A DNA stretch of 64,000 nt from Acidimicrobiales bacterium (GTDB taxonomy: Bacteria > Actinomycetota > Acidimicrobiia > Acidimicrobiales > VFJN01). Shown piece after piece: positions 37,047 through 46,563 of this stretch (positions within the stretch are counted from its first letter, which is position 1; each line of letters opens with the position of its first letter). The notes below the pieces were generated by a model, which searched no databases, was not told where the DNA came from, and worked only from the letters and a program-made list of their open reading frames with translations. Location: assembly GCA_035697515.1 (NCBI GenBank), contig DASSCS010000085.1, forward strand, positions 5,575 through 69,574, read 5' to 3'. Both the position numbers and the translations under genes were made by a program.

Positions 37047-37244
37047 ATGCGCGTCCTCCTCCGCAACCCCCGCCGCGAGCTCGAGCTCCCCGGCCCCGTG
37101 ACCGTCGCGCGGCTGCTCGCCCAGCTCGAGATCAACCGCGAGTCGGTCCTGGTCGTCCGGGGCGACACCCTGGTGCCCGGCGACGCGGTGCTGGCCGACG
37201 ACGACGTCGTCGAGGTGCGGCCCGTCATCTCCGGGGGGGCGTGA
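37047..37244 (+). CDS. ThiS/MoaD-like ubiquitin-fold sulfur carrier (TtuB-like), C-terminus GGA
   Basis: 65 aa from ATG 37047: MRVLLRNPRRELELPGPVTVARLL...DDVVEVRPVISGGA-stop. The size is typical of a beta-grasp protein. It sits immediately upstream of, and overlapping, ttuA. Confidence 0.7.
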   Translation: MRVLLRNPRRELELPGPVTVARLLAQLEINRESVLVVRGDTLVPGDAVLADDDVVEVRPVISGGA

Positions 37245-38248
37245 GCGTGAAGTGCACCGTGTGCCGCGGGCCCGCGGTCATCGACCTGCGGCGCCACAAC
37301 GCGAACTTCTGCGCTGAGCACTTCCTCAGGTTCTGCCGCGACCAGGTGGCCAAGGCCATCAGCCAGCACGACATGATCGCCCCCGGCGACCGGGTGCTGG
37401 TCGCCGTGTCGGGCGGCAAGGACAGCCTGGCCCTGTGCGACCTGCTGATCGACCTCGGCTGCGACGTCGAGGCCATGACGATCGGTCTCGGGATCGGCGA
37501 CTACAGCGAGGCCAGCACCGCGGCCGCGGCGGCCTACGCCGAGAGCCGCGGCGTCCCGCTGCGGCACATCGACCTGCGCGACGAGTACGGCTACGACATC
37601 CCCACCGCCGCGGCGGTGACCCGCCGGGTGCCGTGCTCGTCGTGCGGCATGTCCAAGCGCCACCTCATCGACCGCGCCGCGCTCGAGGGTGGCTTCGACG
37701 TGGTGGCCACCGGCCACAACCTCGACGACGAGGCGGCCGTGCTGCTCGGCAACGTGCTGCACTGGAACACCGAGTACCTGGGCCGCCAGGCGCCCGTGCT
37801 GCCCGCGCGCGACGGCTTCCCCCGCAAGGTCAAGCCGTTGGTGCGCCTGTCCGAGCGCGAGACGGCCGCCTACTGCGTGCTGCGGGGCATCGAGTACATC
37901 GTCGACGAGTGCCCCATGGCCGAGGGCAATCGCCACCTGCGCTACAAGGAGGCGCTCAACAGCATCGAGGCAGCATCGCCCGGCACCAAGCACGCCTTCT
38001 ACTTCGAGTTCCTCGGCAAGGCGGCCGACCGCTTCCGACCCGAGGTGGCCGAGGCCCTGGAGGGCCTGCGCCCGTGCGCCCACTGCGGCTCGCCGACGAC
38101 CGCCGAGGTGTGCGCGTTCTGCCGGCTGGTCGAGCGCACCGCGCACGCCGAGCCGGTGCCCGTCGAGCTGCTGCGCTCGGGGCGGGGACGCAGCCGGAGC
38201 CGTGGCCGCGGCACCGGCCGCGGGGCGCAGAGCCGGGCCACCTCGTGA
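37241..38248 (+). CDS. ttuA: tRNA 2-thiolation PP-loop ATPase, TtuA/NcsA family
   Basis: PP-loop VAVSGGKDS, N-terminal Zn finger CTVCRGP...FCAEHF, cluster Cys residues VPCSSCG and DECP, and C-terminal CAHCGSP...CAFC. GTG 37241 overlaps the upstream TGA. Confidence 0.85.
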   Translation: MSVKCTVCRGPAVIDLRRHNANFCAEHFLRFCRDQVAKAISQHDMIAPGDRVLVAVSGGKDSLALCDLLIDLGCDVEAMTIGLGIGDYSEASTAAAAAYAESRGVPLRHIDLRDEYGYDIPTAAAVTRRVPCSSCGMSKRHLIDRAALEGGFDVVATGHNLDDEAAVLLGNVLHWNTEYLGRQAPVLPARDGFPRKVKPLVRLSERETAAYCVLRGIEYIVDECPMAEGNRHLRYKEALNSIEAASPGTKHAFYFEFLGKAADRFRPEVAEALEGLRPCAHCGSPTTAEVCAFCRLVERTAHAEPVPVELLRSGRGRSRSRGRGTGRGAQSRATS

Positions 38249-39021
38249 GCCGGCCCTTCGCCGACGGCGACCAGGTGCTGCTGATCGACGCCAAGAAGCG
38301 CCGCTACCTGGTGACGCTGACCGCCGGGGGCGAGTTCCACACGCATGCCGGGGTGGTGGCCCACGACGACCTCATCGGCGCGGCCGAGGCGTCGTCGGTC
38401 CGCTCGAGCCGGGGATCGGCCATGCTCGCCATCCGGCCGACCCTGGCCGAGTTCGTGCTGACGATGCCCCGGGGCGCCCAGGTGATCTATCCCAAGGACC
38501 TGGGGCCGATCCTGATGCTGGCCGACATCTTCCCGGGCGCCCGCGTGCTCGAGTCCGGGGTGGGGTCGGGCGCGCTGTCGATGACCCTGGTGCGGGCCGG
38601 GGCGGTGGTGACCGGTTACGAGCTGCGCGAGGACTTTGCGAACCGCGCGGTGCGCAACGTGGCCACGTTCCTCGGCGACGACGTGCTCGAGCGCTACACG
38701 GTCGAGCACCGCAACGCCTACGACGGCATCGACGAGGTCGACCTCGACCGGGTCGTGCTCGACCTGCCCGAGCCGTGGCAGGTCGTGAAGCACGCGGCCC
38801 GTGCCCTGCACGGGGGCGGCGTGCTCGTGGCCTACACGCCCCAGATCACGCAGGCCGTGCAGCTGCGAGAGGAGCTGTCGGCCCAGGGCTTCGGCATGGT
38901 CGACACGATCGAGGTCCTCAACCGAGGCTGGCACATCGAGGGCCAGTCGGTCCGGCCCGACCACCGCATGGTCGCGCACACCGGGTTCCTCACCAGCGCG
39001 AGGCTGTTGAGCCAGGCGTGA
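38245..39021 (+). CDS. trmI: tRNA (adenine58-N1)-methyltransferase TrmI
   Basis: IYPKDLGPI, VLESGVGSGALS (SAM motif) and DRVVLDLPEPW. GTGA overlap with ttuA. Its position near mpa matches that of M. tuberculosis Rv2118c. Confidence 0.9.
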   Translation: MSRPFADGDQVLLIDAKKRRYLVTLTAGGEFHTHAGVVAHDDLIGAAEASSVRSSRGSAMLAIRPTLAEFVLTMPRGAQVIYPKDLGPILMLADIFPGARVLESGVGSGALSMTLVRAGAVVTGYELREDFANRAVRNVATFLGDDVLERYTVEHRNAYDGIDEVDLDRVVLDLPEPWQVVKHAARALHGGGVLVAYTPQITQAVQLREELSAQGFGMVDTIEVLNRGWHIEGQSVRPDHRMVAHTGFLTSARLLSQA

Positions 39022-39049
39022 GACGGCCGGCGCGAGAGGTGAGCTGGGG

Positions 39050-40213
39050 GTGAACATGTTCGACATCGTGCTGGTCCTCATCGCCGTGAGCGCGGCAGTC
39101 GGCGGCTACCGGCTCGGTTTCGTCGCCCGCGCCACCTCGTGGATCGGCTTCTCCCTGGGCGTGATCGCCGGCGCGCTGGTGCTGCCCCTGGTGCTGCCCG
39201 AGGTGCAGGACGCCAGCGAGCCCACCGTCGCCCTCGTCACGATCGGCCTGCTGGTCGGCATGGCGCTCATCGGCAACGCGCTGGGCCTGGTGCTGGGCAG
39301 TCGCCTGCACGCCGAGCTGCCGGCCGGCGCCCTGCGTCGCACCGACCAGCTGGCGGGCGGCGTCATCGGCGTGGTGGGCCTGCTGGTCATCCTGTGGCTG
39401 CTGCTGCCGGCGCTGACCCACATCCCGGGCACGATGGCCAACCAGGCCCGGGGCTCGGCCATCGCCCAACAGGTCCACGAGAGCTTCCCCAACCCGCCCG
39501 ACGCCCTCGAGGCCCTGCGCCGCATCGTGGGCGACGAGCCGTTCCCCGAGGTGTTCGACGCCTTCCAGCCCGCGCCCGACCCCGGCTCGGTCCCGGCCGA
39601 GACGGGGCTGTCGTCGGCCGTGGCCGAGCAGGTCGTGCGCTCGACCGTCAAGGTGGCAGGCGAGGCCTGCTCGCGCATCCAGGAGGGCAGCGGCTTCTTC
39701 GTGGCCGACGACCTGGTGGTGACGAACGCCCACGTCGTGGCGGGCGAGGACGACAGCATCGTCGAGTTCGTCGACGGCTCGACGCTCGAGGCCGACGTGG
39801 TGGCGTTCGACCCCGAGCGCGACCTGGCCGTGCTGCGCACCCGGGGCGGGGGAGCGCCCGCGCTGCCGCTGCGGGACGCCGAGGTCGGCGACACCGGCGG
39901 GGTCTTCGGGTACCCGGGGGGCGGCCCCCTCGACGTCAGCCCGTTCCGGGTCGGCGACGAGATCACCGCGGTCGGGCGCGACATCTACGACAGCGCCAGC
40001 ACCAGCCGCAACGTGCTCGTCCTGGCATCGGAGCTGGCGCCCGGCGACTCGGGCTCGGCGCTCGTCGATCCCCAGGGCCGGGTCGTCGGCGTGGCGTTCG
40101 CGGTGGCGCCCGACAGGCCCGGGGTGGCCTACGCGCTGGCGATCGACGAGCTCGAGACGGTGCTGGCCGGCGACCTGACGGCCGAGCGCGACACCGGCGG
40201 CTGCCTCGTCTGA
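39050..40213 (+). CDS. MarP-like membrane serine protease (CvpA-type TM domain + chymotrypsin fold)
   Basis: Four N-terminal TM helices. Protease residues: VVTNAHVV (His), RDLAVLR (Asp), APGDSGSALV (Ser). Confidence 0.85.
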   Translation: MNMFDIVLVLIAVSAAVGGYRLGFVARATSWIGFSLGVIAGALVLPLVLPEVQDASEPTVALVTIGLLVGMALIGNALGLVLGSRLHAELPAGALRRTDQLAGGVIGVVGLLVILWLLLPALTHIPGTMANQARGSAIAQQVHESFPNPPDALEALRRIVGDEPFPEVFDAFQPAPDPGSVPAETGLSSAVAEQVVRSTVKVAGEACSRIQEGSGFFVADDLVVTNAHVVAGEDDSIVEFVDGSTLEADVVAFDPERDLAVLRTRGGGAPALPLRDAEVGDTGGVFGYPGGGPLDVSPFRVGDEITAVGRDIYDSASTSRNVLVLASELAPGDSGSALVDPQGRVVGVAFAVAPDRPGVAYALAIDELETVLAGDLTAERDTGGCLV

Positions 40214-40246
40214 CCTGGGCAGCCGCCGGCGGGCGGTGAGGTTCAG

Positions 40247-40265
40247 CCGACCGGGGGCCGGTCGG
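40247..40265. terminator. GC hairpin between convergent marP-like and ferredoxin genes
   Basis: CCGACCGG-GGG-CCGGTCGG forms an 8-bp perfect stem between the stops at 40213 (+) and 40272 (-). Confidence 0.4.
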
Positions 40266-40271
40266 TGAGGC

Positions 40272-40508
40272 TCAGTCGACCTCGATGAAGATGCACTCGC
40301 CGGGGCACTCCTCGGCGGCTTCGATGGTGGCCTCCTCCTGGCCGGCCGGCACGACGGCGAGGCCCTCGGCGCCACCGGGGTCGGAGAACACCTTGTCGCC
40401 CTCCTTGACATAGGCCAGGCCGTCGTCAAGCAGGGTGAACACGTCAGGGGCGATCTCTTCGCACAGGCCGTCGCCCGTGCAGAGATCCTGGTCGATCCAG
40501 ACCTTCAT
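40272..40508 (-). CDS. ferredoxin (single-cluster, actinobacterial type)
   Basis: MKVWIDQDLCTGDGLCEEIAPDVF...EECPGECIFIEVD. Confidence 0.85.
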   Translation of the reverse strand: MKVWIDQDLCTGDGLCEEIAPDVFTLLDDGLAYVKEGDKVFSDPGGAEGLAVVPAGQEEATIEAAEECPGECIFIEVD

Positions 40509-40700
40509 GCGTGACTCGCTCCTGGCTCGATGGCGGTGGGGTGAGGCCCCGTCGGCACCCGAAAGGGGGGTGCCTGTTCGCTGGCCACACTAGCCAACGC
40601 CAGGATAAACGCGGCAAACCATGGAGAAACTCCGAAAAAGATGTGGTGCGGAGACGCGTCCCCACCGGTGTAGGGTCCCGATCGGGTCCTCATCGAGGAG

Positions 40701-42476
40701 GTGGTCACCGTCGCCGAGCACAACGACGAACGTCGAGAGGTCACGCCTGAGGCAGATCAGGCGGCCTACATCGACCAGGTGCGGGCCCTCGAGGAGGAGG
40801 TGCTGGCCCTGCGGCGGCGCCTGCAGGACGCGCCCAAGCGCGTGCGCACCCTCGAGGAGCGGCTGCTCGAGACGAAGGGTCAGCTCGCCCAGGCGGTGGC
40901 CCAGAACGAGAAGCTCACCTACACCCTGCGCGAGGCGCGCGACCACATCGGCGCCCTGCGCGAGGAGGTCGACAAGCTCACCCAGCCCCCCTCGGCGTAC
41001 GGCACCCTGCTCGCCCAGAACGACGACGGCACCGTCGACGTGTACTCGGGGGGCCGCAAGATGCGGGTCGCCGTGCATCCCGCCCTCGAGGCCGACGAGC
41101 TGGTGCGGGGCGGCGAGGTGGTGCTCAACGAGTCGCTGAACGTCGTGATGGCCCGGACCCCCGAGACGAGCGGCGAGGTCGTCACGATCAAGGAGATCCT
41201 GGAAAACGGCCACCGGGCCATCATCCTCGGCCGGGCCGACGAGGAGCGGGTGGCCGACCTGGCCGAGATCCTGGTCGGGTCCACGCTGCGGGCCGGCGAC
41301 TCGGTGCTGATGGACAGCCGCTCGGGCCTGCTGCTCGAGAAGCTGCCCCGGCCCGAGGTCGAGGAGCTGGTCCTCGAAGAGGTGCCCGACATCAGCTACG
41401 ACGACATCGGCGGCCTCGACGAGCAGATCGAGCAGATCGCCGACGCGGTCGAGCTGCCGTTCCTCCACCAGGAGCTCTTCGCCGAGCACAAGCTGCCTGC
41501 GCCCAAGGGGATCCTGCTCTACGGCCCGCCCGGCTGCGGCAAGACGCTCATCGCCAAGGCCGTGGCCAACAGCCTCGCCAAGAAGGTGGGCGCCCGCGCG
41601 GTCGACGCCTCGGCCAAGAGCTACTTCCTCAACATCAAGGGCCCCGAGCTGCTCAACAAGTACGTGGGCGAGACCGAGCGGCAGATCCGCCTGGTGTTCC
41701 AGCGGGCGCGCGAGAAGTCCGAGGAGGGCTGGCCGGTCATCGTGTTCTTCGACGAGATGGACTCGATGTTCCGCACCCGGGGCACGGGCATCAGCTCGGA
41801 CGTGGAGTCCACCATCGTGCCCCAGCTCCTGGCCGAGATCGACGGCGTCGAGTCGTTGCGCAACGTCATCGTCATCGGCGCCTCGAACCGGGAAGACCTC
41901 ATCGACCCCGCCATCCTGCGGCCGGGACGGCTCGACGTGAAGATCAAGATCGAGCGGCCGAACGAGGTGGCCGCCGCCCAGATCTTCGGCCGTTACCTCA
42001 CGACCGACCTGCCCCTCGCGACCGATGAGGTGCAGGAGCTGGGCGGGGGCGACGCCCAGAAGTGCGTGCAGATCATGATCGAGCGCACGGTCGACGAGAT
42101 GTACCGCACCGACAACGACAACGAGTTCCTCGAGGTCACCTACCAGAACGGCGACAAGGAGATCATGTACTTCAAGGACTTCGCGTCCGGGGCCATGATC
42201 GAGAACATCGTCCGCCGGGCCAAGAAGCTGGCCATCAAGCGGGTGCTGGCGGACGGCCCCAAGGGCATCCGCCTGGCCGACATGGTCGAGTCGATCCACC
42301 AGGAGTACAAGGAGCACGAGGACCTGCCCAACACCACCAACCCGGACGACTGGGCCAAGATCTCGGGCAAGAAGGGCGAACGCATCGTCTACGTACGCAC
42401 CATCGTCAACCGCGAGGACGGTGCGGCCGGCGGCGGGCGGGCGATCGAGCGGGTGGCCACCGGTCAGTACCTCTGA
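40701..42476 (+). CDS. mpa: proteasome-associated AAA ATPase Mpa/ARC
   Basis: N-terminal coiled coil, Walker A GPPGCGKT, Walker [10 protein letters not shown], and C-terminal ...VATGQYL (proteasome-docking GQYL). Confidence 0.95.
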   Translation: MVTVAEHNDERREVTPEADQAAYIDQVRALEEEVLALRRRLQDAPKRVRTLEERLLETKGQLAQAVAQNEKLTYTLREARDHIGALREEVDKLTQPPSAYGTLLAQNDDGTVDVYSGGRKMRVAVHPALEADELVRGGEVVLNESLNVVMARTPETSGEVVTIKEILENGHRAIILGRADEERVADLAEILVGSTLRAGDSVLMDSRSGLLLEKLPRPEVEELVLEEVPDISYDDIGGLDEQIEQIADAVELPFLHQELFAEHKLPAPKGILLYGPPGCGKTLIAKAVANSLAKKVGARAVDASAKSYFLNIKGPELLNKYVGETERQIRLVFQRAREKSEEGWPVIVFFDEMDSMFRTRGTGISSDVESTIVPQLLAEIDGVESLRNVIVIGASNREDLIDPAILRPGRLDVKIKIERPNEVAAAQIFGRYLTTDLPLATDEVQELGGGDAQKCVQIMIERTVDEMYRTDNDNEFLEVTYQNGDKEIMYFKDFASGAMIENIVRRAKKLAIKRVLADGPKGIRLADMVESIHQEYKEHEDLPNTTNPDDWAKISGKKGERIVYVRTIVNREDGAAGGGRAIERVATGQYL

Positions 42477-42484
42477 CCCCGCCG

Positions 42485-42886
42485 GTGCGACGGCGCAGGC
42501 TGACCGACACGAAGGAGGGACGCCTGGTCGTGATCGCCCTGGTGGGCGGCACGCTCATGATCGCCGCCTCGCTCGGCAACATGGCCCTGGCCGACGCGGC
42601 CGACGACACCGCCCGGGACGTGCGCGCCAACCTGCGGCGCGACCTGGCCACCGTGTCCGACGACGCCATCGCCGACTACCCGCGCTCGGCCGAGGCCATC
42701 GAGACGGTGGCCGTCGAGAGCCTGGCCGGGGTGTCGGCGCGGGTGTTGGGCTCGCGGGCCGACGGCGACGCGGTGGTGGTGGCGGTGCAGTCGGGCTGGG
42801 GCTGGCAGGTGCGCTGCGTCGAGGCCGAGCTTCGGGGCGATGCCACGGTCCTGACCTACGTGCGCTCGCAGGCCTGTGGACGGTGA
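42485..42886 (+). CDS. secreted/anchored hypothetical protein between mpa and dop
   Basis: VRRRRLTDTKEGRLVVIALVGGTLMIAASLGNMALADA is signal-peptide-like. An alternative GTG at 42530 sits behind AAGGAGG (42512-42518). High GC3. Confidence 0.55.
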   Translation: MRRRRLTDTKEGRLVVIALVGGTLMIAASLGNMALADAADDTARDVRANLRRDLATVSDDAIADYPRSAEAIETVAVESLAGVSARVLGSRADGDAVVVAVQSGWGWQVRCVEAELRGDATVLTYVRSQACGR

Positions 42887-42995
42887 GCCCTCCCGAGGGT
42901 GCGGCCCCGCTCACCGTGAGCGGCCCGCCCGGATGATCACCGGATGATCACCCGGTGCGCTGGTGGTGCGGCGCCAGGCGGGTAGGGTCCACCTC

Positions 42996-44513
42996 GTGGC
43001 GCTGCGCAAGATCATCGGTGTCGAGACGGAGTTCGGCATCATCGTGCGCGGCGCCGGCGAGTCCAACCCCATCGCCGCCTCGTCGATCCTCATCAACGCC
43101 TATGTGCACGACCTGGCCCGGGCGACCGAGGGCTCCCGTGCGCACGCCAAGGTGGGGTGGGACTTCGAGGACGAGCACCCCGACATCGACGCGCGCGGCT
43201 TCAGCGCCGAGGGCAGCATGGCGCCCGAGGTCGAGACGCACCTGGTCAACGCCGTGCTCACCAACGGCGCCCGCTACTACGTCGATCACGCCCACCCCGA
43301 GTGCTCGACGCCCGAGTGCGCCGACCCCCGCAGCATCGTCGTCTACGACAAGGCGGCCGAGCTGATCCTCCAGCGCTCGATGCGGGCGGCGGTCTCGCTG
43401 CTGCCCGACGGCCAGGAGATCGTCGTCTACAAGAACAACTCCGACGGCAAGGGCAACAGCTACGGCTGCCACGAGAACTACCTGATGGACCGGCAGGTGC
43501 CGTTCGGGCGCATCGTCAACCACGTGATGCCCCACTTCATCAGCCGGCAGGTGTTCACCGGCTCCGGCAAGGTGGGCACCGAGGCGGTGGGGCTGACCTC
43601 GGCCGACGTGCCCTTCCAGCTCACGCAGCGGGCCGACTTCTTCGAGGAGGAGGTCGGGCTCGAGACCACGCTGAAGCGGCCCATCGTCAACACCCGCGAC
43701 GAGCCCCACGCCGACGCCCAGCGCTACCGGCGCCTGCACGTGATCGTGGGCGACGCCAACCTGTCCGAGGTGGCCACGTTCCTCAAGGTGGGCACCACCG
43801 CGCTGGTGCTGGCCATGATCGAGGACGACTTCCTGCCCCGCGACCTCACCCCGGTTGCGCCGGTGGCGGCGCTGCGGGCGGTGTCGTACGACCTGTCCCT
43901 GCGCAAGCCGATCGACCTGGTCAACGGCACGTCCCTCACCGCGGTCGAGATGCAGTGGGAGTACCTCGACCGCGCCAAGAAGTACGCCGAGGAGCACGGC
44001 CTCGACTGCATCGGCGCCCCCGAGATCGGGTCCGAGGTGCTGCGCCTGTGGGAGCACGTGCTCACGACGCTCGAGACCGATCCCATGGCGCTGGCCCGCC
44101 AGCTCGACTGGGTGGCGAAGTACCGGTTGATCGACGGCTACCGCGCCAAGCACGACCTGCGCTGGGACGACGACCGTCTGCTCGCGATGGATCTGCAGTA
44201 CCACGACCTGCGGCCCGAGCGCAGCCTGGCCTCGCGGGTCGGCCTGCAGCGCCTCACCACCGACGTCGAGGTGGCCGAGGCCGTGACCGAGCCGCCCACC
44301 GACACTCGGGCCTGGTTCCGGGGCAAGTGCCTCCAACGGTGGGCGCCCCAGATCGTGGCGGCCAACTGGGATTCGATGGTGTTCGACATCGGCGGCGACC
44401 CGCTCCGGCGGGTGCCGATGATGGATCCGACACGTGGAACCGAGGCCCACGTGGGTAGGTTGATGGCGGAAAGCACGACGAGCGCTGAGTTGTTGGACCG
44501 ATTGGGCCAGTGA
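42996..44513 (+). CDS. dop: Pup deamidase/depupylase Dop
   Basis: [26 protein letters not shown] and GCHENYL; paralogous to pafA. The start is GTG 42996 or GTG 42963. Confidence 0.9.
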   Translation: MALRKIIGVETEFGIIVRGAGESNPIAASSILINAYVHDLARATEGSRAHAKVGWDFEDEHPDIDARGFSAEGSMAPEVETHLVNAVLTNGARYYVDHAHPECSTPECADPRSIVVYDKAAELILQRSMRAAVSLLPDGQEIVVYKNNSDGKGNSYGCHENYLMDRQVPFGRIVNHVMPHFISRQVFTGSGKVGTEAVGLTSADVPFQLTQRADFFEEEVGLETTLKRPIVNTRDEPHADAQRYRRLHVIVGDANLSEVATFLKVGTTALVLAMIEDDFLPRDLTPVAPVAALRAVSYDLSLRKPIDLVNGTSLTAVEMQWEYLDRAKKYAEEHGLDCIGAPEIGSEVLRLWEHVLTTLETDPMALARQLDWVAKYRLIDGYRAKHDLRWDDDRLLAMDLQYHDLRPERSLASRVGLQRLTTDVEVAEAVTEPPTDTRAWFRGKCLQRWAPQIVAANWDSMVFDIGGDPLRRVPMMDPTRGTEAHVGRLMAESTTSAELLDRLGQ

Positions 44514-44532
44514 GCAGACGAGGTGCAGGGGC

Positions 44533-44730
44533 ATGGCTGAGCGAGAGATGAAGAAGAAGTCCACCCCAGCTCGCGAGGAGCAAGAGGTCGTCGACGAGAC
44601 GCCCGCAACCTCCGAGCAAGGCGAGAAGATCAAGGCCGAGCTCGACGATCTGCTCGACGAGATCGACGAGGTGCTCGAGAGCAATGCCGAGGAGTTCGTG
44701 AAGAGCTACGTGCAGAAGGGCGGCCAGTAG
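44533..44730 (+). CDS. pup: prokaryotic ubiquitin-like protein Pup
   Basis: 65 aa. ...[36 protein letters not shown]-stop (GGQ terminus). Confidence 0.95.
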   Translation: MAEREMKKKSTPAREEQEVVDETPATSEQGEKIKAELDDLLDEIDEVLESNAEEFVKSYVQKGGQ

Positions 44731-44778
44731 GCACGCCCGAGCCGGCACGCCGACGCTCGCACCCTCCGGCCAGCCTGA

Positions 44779-44814
44779 ACGGACGCCTTCCGACCACGGT
44801 CGGGAGGCGTCCGT
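44779..44814 (+). terminator. strong hairpin in the pup-prcB spacer (terminator/attenuator candidate)
   Basis: ACGGACGCCTTCCGAC-CACG-GTCGGGAGGCGTCCGT forms 16 bp (one G-U) with a 4-nt loop, followed by GTCGTTGGGGG. Confidence 0.55.
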
Positions 44815-44896
44815 GTCGTTGGGGGCGGCTTTCGCGCCCGAGCGCGCCGGACCGGCGTGAAGGGGGAGGGCTGCCCAGCCGGTAGCCTCCGCCCCG

Positions 44897-45742
44897 ATGA
44901 CCCTGCCGACCTTTCGCGCCGACGACGACCCCGGGCCGTCCTTCCTCGAGGTGCTGCGCCGCTCGGGGGGAGAGCCCCGCTGGGCCGACCTGCCACGGGA
45001 GGCCAACCTGCACGACGTCGCCCACGGCACCACCGTGGTCGCCATCCGCTATGCCGACGGCGTCGTCATGGCCGGCGACCGCCGGGCCACCGCGGGCAAC
45101 CTGATCTCGCACCGCACGATGGAGAAGGTGTTCCCGGCCGACCGCCACTCGGGCGTCGCCATCGCCGGCGCGGCCGGGCCCGCGGTCGAGATGGTGAAGC
45201 TGTTCCAGCTCCAGCTCGAGCACTACGAGAAGGTCGAGGGCGCCGAGCTGTCGCTCGAGGGCAAGGCCAACCAGCTCGCCGGCATGGTGCGCAGCCACCT
45301 GCCCGCCGCCATGCAGGGCTTCGTGGTCGTCCCGCTGTTCGCCGGCTATGACGTGCGCCGGGGCACCGGGCGCCTGTTCGAGTACGACGTCACGGGCGGC
45401 CGCTACGAGGAGAGCGACTTCGCGGCCACCGGCTCGGGCAGCCTGCACGCGGGCACCGTCATCAAGATGGGGTTCCGCACGGGTCTCGACCGCACCGACG
45501 CCGTCGAGCTGGCCATCAACTCGCTGTTCCAGGCCGCCGACGAGGACTCGGCCACCGGCGGCCCCGACCTCGTGCGGGGCATCTACCCGGTGATCGCCAC
45601 CATCACCGTCGAGGGCTTCACGCGGCTCGACGACGACGAGGTGTCCGAGCGCTTCCGGGCGCTGCTCGACCGCATGTCGACGCCGGACAGCACGACCGCC
45701 ACGGGCACGAGCCCCACGATCCGCGGGGGTCAGACCCGATGA
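44897..45742 (+). CDS. prcB: 20S proteasome beta subunit
   Basis: A propeptide, then HG/TTVVAIRYADGVVMAGDRRAT (N-terminal Thr after processing). Confidence 0.95.
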   Translation: MTLPTFRADDDPGPSFLEVLRRSGGEPRWADLPREANLHDVAHGTTVVAIRYADGVVMAGDRRATAGNLISHRTMEKVFPADRHSGVAIAGAAGPAVEMVKLFQLQLEHYEKVEGAELSLEGKANQLAGMVRSHLPAAMQGFVVVPLFAGYDVRRGTGRLFEYDVTGGRYEESDFAATGSGSLHAGTVIKMGFRTGLDRTDAVELAINSLFQAADEDSATGGPDLVRGIYPVIATITVEGFTRLDDDEVSERFRALLDRMSTPDSTTATGTSPTIRGGQTR

Positions 45743-46563
45743 GCATGCCCTTCTACGTCCCGGCCGAGCAGATGATGAAGGACAAGGCCGACTTCGCGCG
45801 CAAGAACATCGCCCGGGGCAAGACCCTCGTGGCCATGCTCTACGCCGACGGCATCCTCATCTGCGCCGAGAACACCTCGGCCACCCTGCGCAAGGTCAGC
45901 GAGATCTACGACCGCATCGCCTTCGCGGGCGCCGGCAAGTACAACGAGTACGACCGGCTGCGCATCGCCGGGGTGCGCCACGCCGACCTGAAGGGCTACT
46001 CGTTCAGCCGCGAGGACGTCGACGCCCAGAGCCTGGCCAACGCCTACGCCCAGATGCTGAGCGACGTGTTCACCCACGAGATCAAGCCCATGGAGGTCGA
46101 GATCGTCGTGGCCGAGCTTGGCGTCGACCCGTCCGGCGACCGGCTGTTCCACATCTTCTACGACGGCACCGTGGTCGACGAGAAGGACTTCACCGTGCTC
46201 GGCGGGGGCGAGGCCGATGCCATCACCGAGCGGGTCAAGCAGACCTACGAACCGGGTCGCCCGCTCGACGCCGCCCTCAGGGCGGCGGTGGCGGCGCTCG
46301 CCGGCGACCGCCGGTTGACCTCGGACGACCTCGAGATCGCGGTGCTCAACCGGGGCGACGGCCGCCGGGCGTTCCGGCGCCTCACCGCGGAGCAGGTCGA
46401 CGCCACGCTCGGCGGCGACTCGGGCGGTGCCAGCACAGACGACTCGGGGGGCGCCGAGGCCGCCGATCAGGCCGAGGCCGCCGACGTGCCGGCGCCGGCC
46501 GACGAGACGGCCACGCCCACGCCGGAGGCGCCGGACGCCGGCAGCGGCGACGCCGGGGGCTGA
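45739..46563 (+). CDS. prcA: 20S proteasome alpha subunit with acidic low-complexity C-terminal tail
   Basis: MSMPFYVPAEQMMKDKADFARKNIARGKTLVAM. ATGA overlap with prcB. The last 50 aa or so are Asp/Ala/Gly/Pro-rich. Confidence 0.95.
   Translation: MSMPFYVPAEQMMKDKADFARKNIARGKTLVAMLYADGILICAENTSATLRKVSEIYDRIAFAGAGKYNEYDRLRIAGVRHADLKGYSFSREDVDAQSLANAYAQMLSDVFTHEIKPMEVEIVVAELGVDPSGDRLFHIFYDGTVVDEKDFTVLGGGEADAITERVKQTYEPGRPLDAALRAAVAALAGDRRLTSDDLEIAVLNRGDGRRAFRRLTAEQVDATLGGDSGGASTDDSGGAEAADQAEAADVPAPADETATPTPEAPDAGSGDAGG

Noticed and set aside
40554-40574. Hairpin GGCACCC-GAAAGGG-GGGTGCC in the ferredoxin/mpa divergent spacer as a riboswitch or terminator.
   Set aside because: It is a 7-bp stem with no recognisable riboswitch core. 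It lies upstream of both divergent starts, so it cannot terminate either gene. This is too weak to call.
40677-40686. 10-bp palindrome CCCGATCGGG just upstream of the mpa Shine-Dalgarno sequence as an operator.
   Set aside because: Short GC-rich palindromes of this size are expected by chance at this GC content, and there is no second half-site or repeat.
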